Below, piece by piece: positions 59,640 through 64,000 of a DNA stretch of 64,000 nt (position 1 is its first letter; each line of letters begins with the position of its first letter). The notes under the pieces are model-generated. The model saw only the letters and a list, made by a program, of their open reading frames with translations. It had not been told where the DNA came from and did not search any database. Location of the stretch: the IMG/VR virus record IMGVR_UViG_2890910346_000001; one strand, 5' to 3'. Made by a program: the position numbers and the translations under genes. Origin of the DNA: a virus (lineage: Duplodnaviria > Caudoviricetes).

Positions 59640-60242
59640 TATTTTTTGATTTTTTCTGGCTATTAACCAGTTATAACACGTTGTTTTGGCAACATCTAGA
59701 ACATCGGCTGCTTCTTGGATATTTAATTGCTGTAATTCCCATTGTTGATAGACTTCTTCAAAGTTAGGTGGTATTTCTTTTTTTGGTCGCCCAAATCGAA
59801 CACCTTTTTTCTTTGCTTCTCTAATCCCCTCTCTTTGTCGTTGTAACATATTCTCTCGTTCTACCTGTGCCACATAAGAAAGAACTTGTAAAACTAAATC
59901 CGAAATAAATCTTCCCGTAATATTATTGTCAAAAGATGATTTTGTGTTCAATAAATCAAGATCTAATACTTTAATATCAACTTCTTGTTCTCTTACTAGA
60001 TACCGCCATTGTTCAAGAATTTCATCATAATTTCTACCTAAGCGATCAATTGATTTAATTACAACTTCATCACCTTTTTTGAGACGCTTTATCATACGCT
60101 TGTAAGCTATACGATTAAAATCTTTTCCAGACATCTTATCAATATAAAGCTGTTTATCTGCAATTCCCTCTTGATACATTGCAGTTAGTTGACGCTCAAC
60201 ATTTTGTTCCTTAGTTGACACACGAATATAGCCATATTTCAT
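59616..60242 (-). CDS. Small serine recombinase (resolvase/invertase family)
   Basis: YGYIRVST..Q, SIDRLGRN, GVRFGRP and C-terminal HTH. Confidence 0.93.
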   Translation of the reverse strand: MKYGYIRVSTKEQNVERQLTAMYQEGIADKQLYIDKMSGKDFNRIAYKRMIKRLKKGDEVVIKSIDRLGRNYDEILEQWRYLVREQEVDIKVLDLDLLNTKSSFDNNITGRFISDLVLQVLSYVAQVERENMLQRQREGIREAKKKGVRFGRPKKEIPPNFEEVYQQWELQQLNIQEAADVLDVAKTTCYNWLIARKNQKIVLNTRDF

Positions 60243-61051
60243 TTTTTATCCTCCTTTACTATTATCTCAATAATGCTTTAAATAAACCCTATAAACAACT
60301 TCAACTTGAAAAGATAAACAGCGCATTGTTTACTTCATATCATAAAAAATATACCTTCCTATCTCAAAATAATTAATAAATCAAAAAAAGTCCGAACAAA
60401 AGTCCAGACTCTCTTATTAGAATTCATAAAAACAGTAATATTCAATAACATAAATAAGGTAAATAAGTAATTAACCTTGTAACTAAATAGATAACTTTTT
60501 AAAACCACTATTTATTTAAATCTAAACCAAACCATTAATTCAAACGTAAAATAACAAATATATATACACTTCATGCTTTTTATAATTTTAAATTCTATCT
60601 CACCTCCAACAATCTTCGAGTATTATTCTAAAATAAAAAGTATTTGTAAATCCGTTACTTATATAAAAATCCTGTTGATACCCCCTAGAAAAATTCCACA
60701 CCCCTATTATTTTTTTGACATCCCTAAAAATTATACAGCCAAAATTAAGAGCACAATAAAAAAACTTCAATTCATTTTAAAACGCGGACTAGCAACAAAG
60801 GCTATATTTCAAGCTATTTTCTATTTAGTTTTGTATCAAAATCGGTATCTTCTTCTCAACACCCATACTCAATATCAACTAATAACAATTTAACGATTAC
60901 TTACTTTTTAACGATAATAAATTATTTAACGATTTCAATATTATAGATAAAATTTTAAAAGTTCAAAAAATCATCTCTTCATATGATTCTTAACCTTTCA
61001 AACTTAAAAACTACCTAAAGCCCTTATATCGGCACCATTTATTTCGTTATG

Positions 61052-61114
61052 TTGTATCCATGAATTGGTAGTTATTTCTATTGCTATTAGTTTTATCATA
61101 CAATTTCTCCTTTT
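61052..61114. repeat. Right att junction; 52-bp imperfect palindrome centred on TC at 61077-61078
   Basis: ttgtat...atacaa outer arms, 14/25 symmetric pairs; the centre coincides with the start of the 38-bp identity with 6637-6674. Confidence 0.85.
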
Positions 61115-61319
61115 AATTATTTAGGGGGATGCAACACATTGCTTAATAAGGCAAATAAAGTTGCTCTTATTAAGATGCTTGTCGCTATTTGGCGAACAAG
61201 CTATATGTCTTACTATGTTTTTAAGCCAACCTTTCGTCTTGCACTTAAAAACTGTCGCTTTTTTAACAATTTGATTTTCCATATTATTATAACATTTTTT
61301 ATTGGTTTTCTTCCAATAA
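61077..61319 (-). pseudogene. Orphaned promoter, leader and first codons (MIKLIAI) of the Cof gene
   Basis: Same RBS, start codons and promoter block as 6637-6795; frame diverges after the att core. Confidence 0.75.
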
Positions 61320-61589
61320 TTAAAAGGTATTATGAATAATAAAATGAACTACATTCGAAAAGTTAAACAAAATATCTAACGCTCGAAAATACAGTTCAAA
61401 TAAATACAGACATTTTTTTATTTTAGATTGTGTGTATCATACAACATCTTTCTATGCGACAGAAAAAGAATCTGAAAAAGGCAGTGAATGGCTGATGTCA
61501 TTCACTACCAATATACTCACTATTTCTCTCCACCAACACGATTTAACGAAGAGTCGTAAATTGAGGTTTTAAACTTGAATAATTAAAAT

Positions 61590-62111
61590 TTATTTTTCTA
61601 TCAAAACTTGAGTTCCAGCGATTAAATCTCCTAAATGTCTTTTATCATTTCTTATGGTTCCCATTAAAAATAAAACTAACATGAGTCCAACTGATAATAC
61701 CTCTAAAACTATACTAATAGTATCGAAGCCAGTATACATCCCCCTGATAGTTCTCATATGCCCTAATTGCCAAGGTAAAAACTTTATTATATTTCGAACT
61801 AAAGCAGAACCATAGTTTTTATTTTTATAAGCCAACTTTAGTCCCATCTTTCTTTTTCCAATACTTCCACCATTATAATCAAGATAAGTAAAAAATAGAA
61901 TTATCGGAATAACGGACGAAACAAAAGCGATGATCTGAGACTGCATATACGTAAATGCGGGAATTTCTTTTAATACCCATTTGTAAAATAAAATACAAAC
62001 GATAAATAAACATACCAGATATGCACATATGACCAACCAGTCTATAAAAAGTTCTTTCACTCTAGTCGAGAAACTTATTTTATTATTTTCTTTATACATT
62101 CTGTCCCTCAC
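61590..62111 (-). CDS. RDD-family membrane protein (moron of the remnant prophage)
   Basis: RVKELFIDWLVI, GSIGKRKMGL, ALVRNIIK and RHLGDLIAGT.V motifs. Confidence 0.85.
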   Translation of the reverse strand: MRDRMYKENNKISFSTRVKELFIDWLVICAYLVCLFIVCILFYKWVLKEIPAFTYMQSQIIAFVSSVIPIILFFTYLDYNGGSIGKRKMGLKLAYKNKNYGSALVRNIIKFLPWQLGHMRTIRGMYTGFDTISIVLEVLSVGLMLVLFLMGTIRNDKRHLGDLIAGTQVLIEK

Positions 62112-62169
62112 AAATTCTAATTTATCTTTTATTTACTGCTCCTATTATACCAAAAAAAGTTAAGGTGTT

Positions 62170-62380
62170 ATATTAGAACGTATCAAACTCACTTTGTCAT
62201 GAAACCTTGCTATATGTCACGTCATCATTTGTTTTTTCACTCCAAATATCAAGTACTAACCCAATTGTTAGTAAGTCGAGTTCTTGTATAACTATACCAA
62301 TTTCAACACAACGCAAGAGAAATAAACCTGTTGTCATTTCCCGATTACTTGTTGTGACTTTTTCTGTTTTTCACATCGAT
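62170..62380 (-). pseudogene. Decayed tail assembly chaperone G/T junction of a second prophage
   Basis: MTTGLFLLRCVEIGIVIQELDLLTIGLVLDIW matches 19546-19710; TGA where the intact copy has GGA; one A fewer in the slippery run. Confidence 0.85.
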
Positions 62381-62384
62381 TATC

Positions 62385-62579
62385 TCATAGACATAGATTT
62401 GTAGACTTGACAATATTTCCGATAATATTCGAACATACGAATAGACAACCGGCTATAACCGGTTGTTTATTCACACCTTTACCACTAGAGGAGTGCCCAA
62501 TGAAAAAGGAGTAACTATTATTGTTGAGTTTGTTTTCTGGTTTATCTCTTGATTTAAAAAGTCCACTAAATAGTTTCAT
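62385..62579 (-). pseudogene. 5' fragment of a portal gene
   Basis: MKLFSGLFKSRDKPENKLNNNSYSFFIG nearly identical to the start of 23830-25086, then diverges. Confidence 0.9.
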
Positions 62580-62629
62580 ACATTCCTCCTAATTTTAGAT
62601 ATTAAAAAACACCTCTATATGTGATACTT

Positions 62630-63421
62630 TTATCTTTCTATTACCTCTAAAATTTCTTTTCCATAATTAGCTTTTACCAATTTTTCAATTTTTAATGATG
62701 GCTTTTGTGGATTAGTAGTAACAAAGACTTTATCATAATCGGAAAGTCCCTCTACAGCATCCATCCACTTACTAACAGCTCTATATATTATTATAACCAC
62801 ATCTTTTTTCTTTAATCTTTCAGAAATTATTTCAAATACAAATTTTTGTGTTGGTAAATATCCCTTTTCTTTTATAACTTTATTTACTAACGGTTCTAAT
62901 CCCTCCTTATTATTATATGCTTCTGAATGATAAGGAAAAAACTCAACCACTGCAATATTTTTATTAAAAAAACCATCTATTTTTGAAGTATCTAATGAAT
63001 TTTTCATAAATTCTATTTTCTGAGCATATTCTTCTGGAAATAATGTTCGTAATTTCTTCCAATACCCTTGTTTATCTTTATAAGAATCAAACTCAAAAAA
63101 ACGAGGTTCAGAAAAGTCTAAATTCCTTTTTATTTTTTTTTGATAAGACTCGTCAAATGTATTATAAAATTCAATATATTCATCATTAACACCAGGATTC
63201 AAGCCTAAAACTAGTATTTTAGCTTTTTTAATATCACCAATATAATGTAGGGGATAAACATTGAGATTCAATTTATACTTGTCATTCAATTTTTCATATT
63301 CTTCCCTAGACCTTAAATTATCTAAAAAAGTTTTATCGTCAGCAGCAAATATTTGCTTATTACCTGAATCATTAATTTCTTCAACAATATCTTTCCATGG
63401 ATTTTTTAACATATACATCAC
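62630..63421 (-). CDS. Putative uracil-DNA-glycosylase-fold protein (moron of the remnant prophage)
   Basis: P.HYIGD...AKILVLGLNPG, VEFFPYHS and LPTQ motifs; intact ORF between terL and portal stubs. Confidence 0.55.
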   Translation of the reverse strand: MMYMLKNPWKDIVEEINDSGNKQIFAADDKTFLDNLRSREEYEKLNDKYKLNLNVYPLHYIGDIKKAKILVLGLNPGVNDEYIEFYNTFDESYQKKIKRNLDFSEPRFFEFDSYKDKQGYWKKLRTLFPEEYAQKIEFMKNSLDTSKIDGFFNKNIAVVEFFPYHSEAYNNKEGLEPLVNKVIKEKGYLPTQKFVFEIISERLKKKDVVIIIYRAVSKWMDAVEGLSDYDKVFVTTNPQKPSLKIEKLVKANYGKEILEVIER

Positions 63422-63494
63422 CTCTACTAAAATAATACATTTATTATATCATCATATAGATAAAAATCTACGATTGTCATAAACTTCTGATTGC

Positions 63495-63840
63495 CACAAC
63501 GAATCGCTCTATCAAGTGCTATAATAGTCGCAATCGCACCGTCAATTTTTCTGTTGTTTTTTCTTTGTTTGCTTTGATATTTCCTAACGGATTTATTCGA
63601 ATAAAAATATTATCCATATTCCACCTTAAAACAGGATGTCCATCTTGAGCTATTTTCTGTTTTGGTCATGATGTCAAATAGTTTTCGATTAGGTTATGTA
63701 TGCAATTCATCAAACACCACACCACAAATATTAAAACCATGTTTGAAATAGGCTTCAACAGAGATCACTCGATAAAAACTATCGATTGGCAAATAAACAA
63801 TTTGTTTTTATGACGCTAGAATTTTAACTCGATTATTTAA
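63495..63840 (-). pseudogene. Terminase large subunit remnant with a large internal deletion
   Basis: 63495-63660 aligns by eye to 26725-26895; 63697-63840 aligns to 27740-27882. Confidence 0.88.
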
Positions 63841-63847
63841 TTTTATA

Positions 63848-64000
63848 GGCTCTATAATAAATCGTGTTGGTGGGAATAATCCACCAACACGATTTTGTAT
63901 ATAAAAGTGGACAAAAAAAGAGAAATACCTGTATGATTAAATCACCACAATTAAACAAGGAGGTATTTCTCATGGATTATTATACAAAAAAATTATTGAC
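63848..64000 (+). mobile_element. Probable left end of an ISL3-family IS; ORF MDYYTKKLL starts at 63972 and runs off the window
   Basis: Starts GGCTCTATAAT...GTGGG like ISL3 terminal repeats; hairpin 63859-63895; aggagg RBS. Confidence 0.55.

Larger units (their letters stand above)
6637..61076 (-). mobile_element. Integrated prophage plus cargo, 54,440 bp; serine-recombinase siphovirus of phi-m46.1-like organisation
   Basis: Bounded by the direct repeat; contains complete replication, packaging, head, tail, lysis and recombinase modules. Confidence 0.85.

Noticed and set aside
59616-60242. Small serine recombinase as the resolvase of a Tn3-family transposon
   Set aside because: No Tn3 transposase or 38-bp GGGG terminal repeats were seen; two inverted 26-bp sites fit an invertase better. 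A res site in the AT-rich spacer is not excluded.
60573-61339. Plus-strand ORFs 60573-60893 and 61139-61339
   Set aside because: TTG starts, AT-rich low-complexity translation and no RBS; the second overlaps the duplicated Cof promoter.

Overview
Low-GC Firmicute (Lactobacillales-like) chromosome, almost all genes on the minus strand. 1-6.6 kb is ordinary core DNA (trpS, dinB, cshA, an APH/kinase-family gene, a Cof HAD hydrolase). A 38-bp identical direct repeat (6637-6674 and 61077-61114) spans the first codons of the Cof gene and brackets a 54,440-bp integrated element. The element is an apparently complete siphovirus prophage with two serine recombinases, lysis, tail, HK97-type head, terminase, a metK plus methyltransferase module, and a family-A DNA polymerase/VapE/SNF2 replication module under a sigma-like regulator. 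It also carries about 16 kb of cargo: a Rib-repeat LPXTG protein, a GT2 glycosyltransferase, a 3246-aa LPXTG surface protein and a small serine recombinase. Main unexplained signals: (1) two 26-bp hix-like inverted sites flank the promoter region of the giant surface-protein gene next to the small serine recombinase, suggesting an invertible phase-variation switch; (2) a nested +1-frame ORF with its own Shine-Dalgarno inside the C5 methyltransferase resembles the beta subunit of M.EcoHK31I; (3) the att junctions regenerate attB and attP; (4) two moron hotspots (terL-portal and tail chaperone-tape measure) hold AbiE and a Panacea/MazF-like pair here, while a decayed sister prophage at 61.6-63.8 kb holds a UDG-fold gene and an RDD gene at the same two positions. 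An ISL3-like element probably begins at the right edge. All family assignments come from motif recognition by eye; no database search was run.
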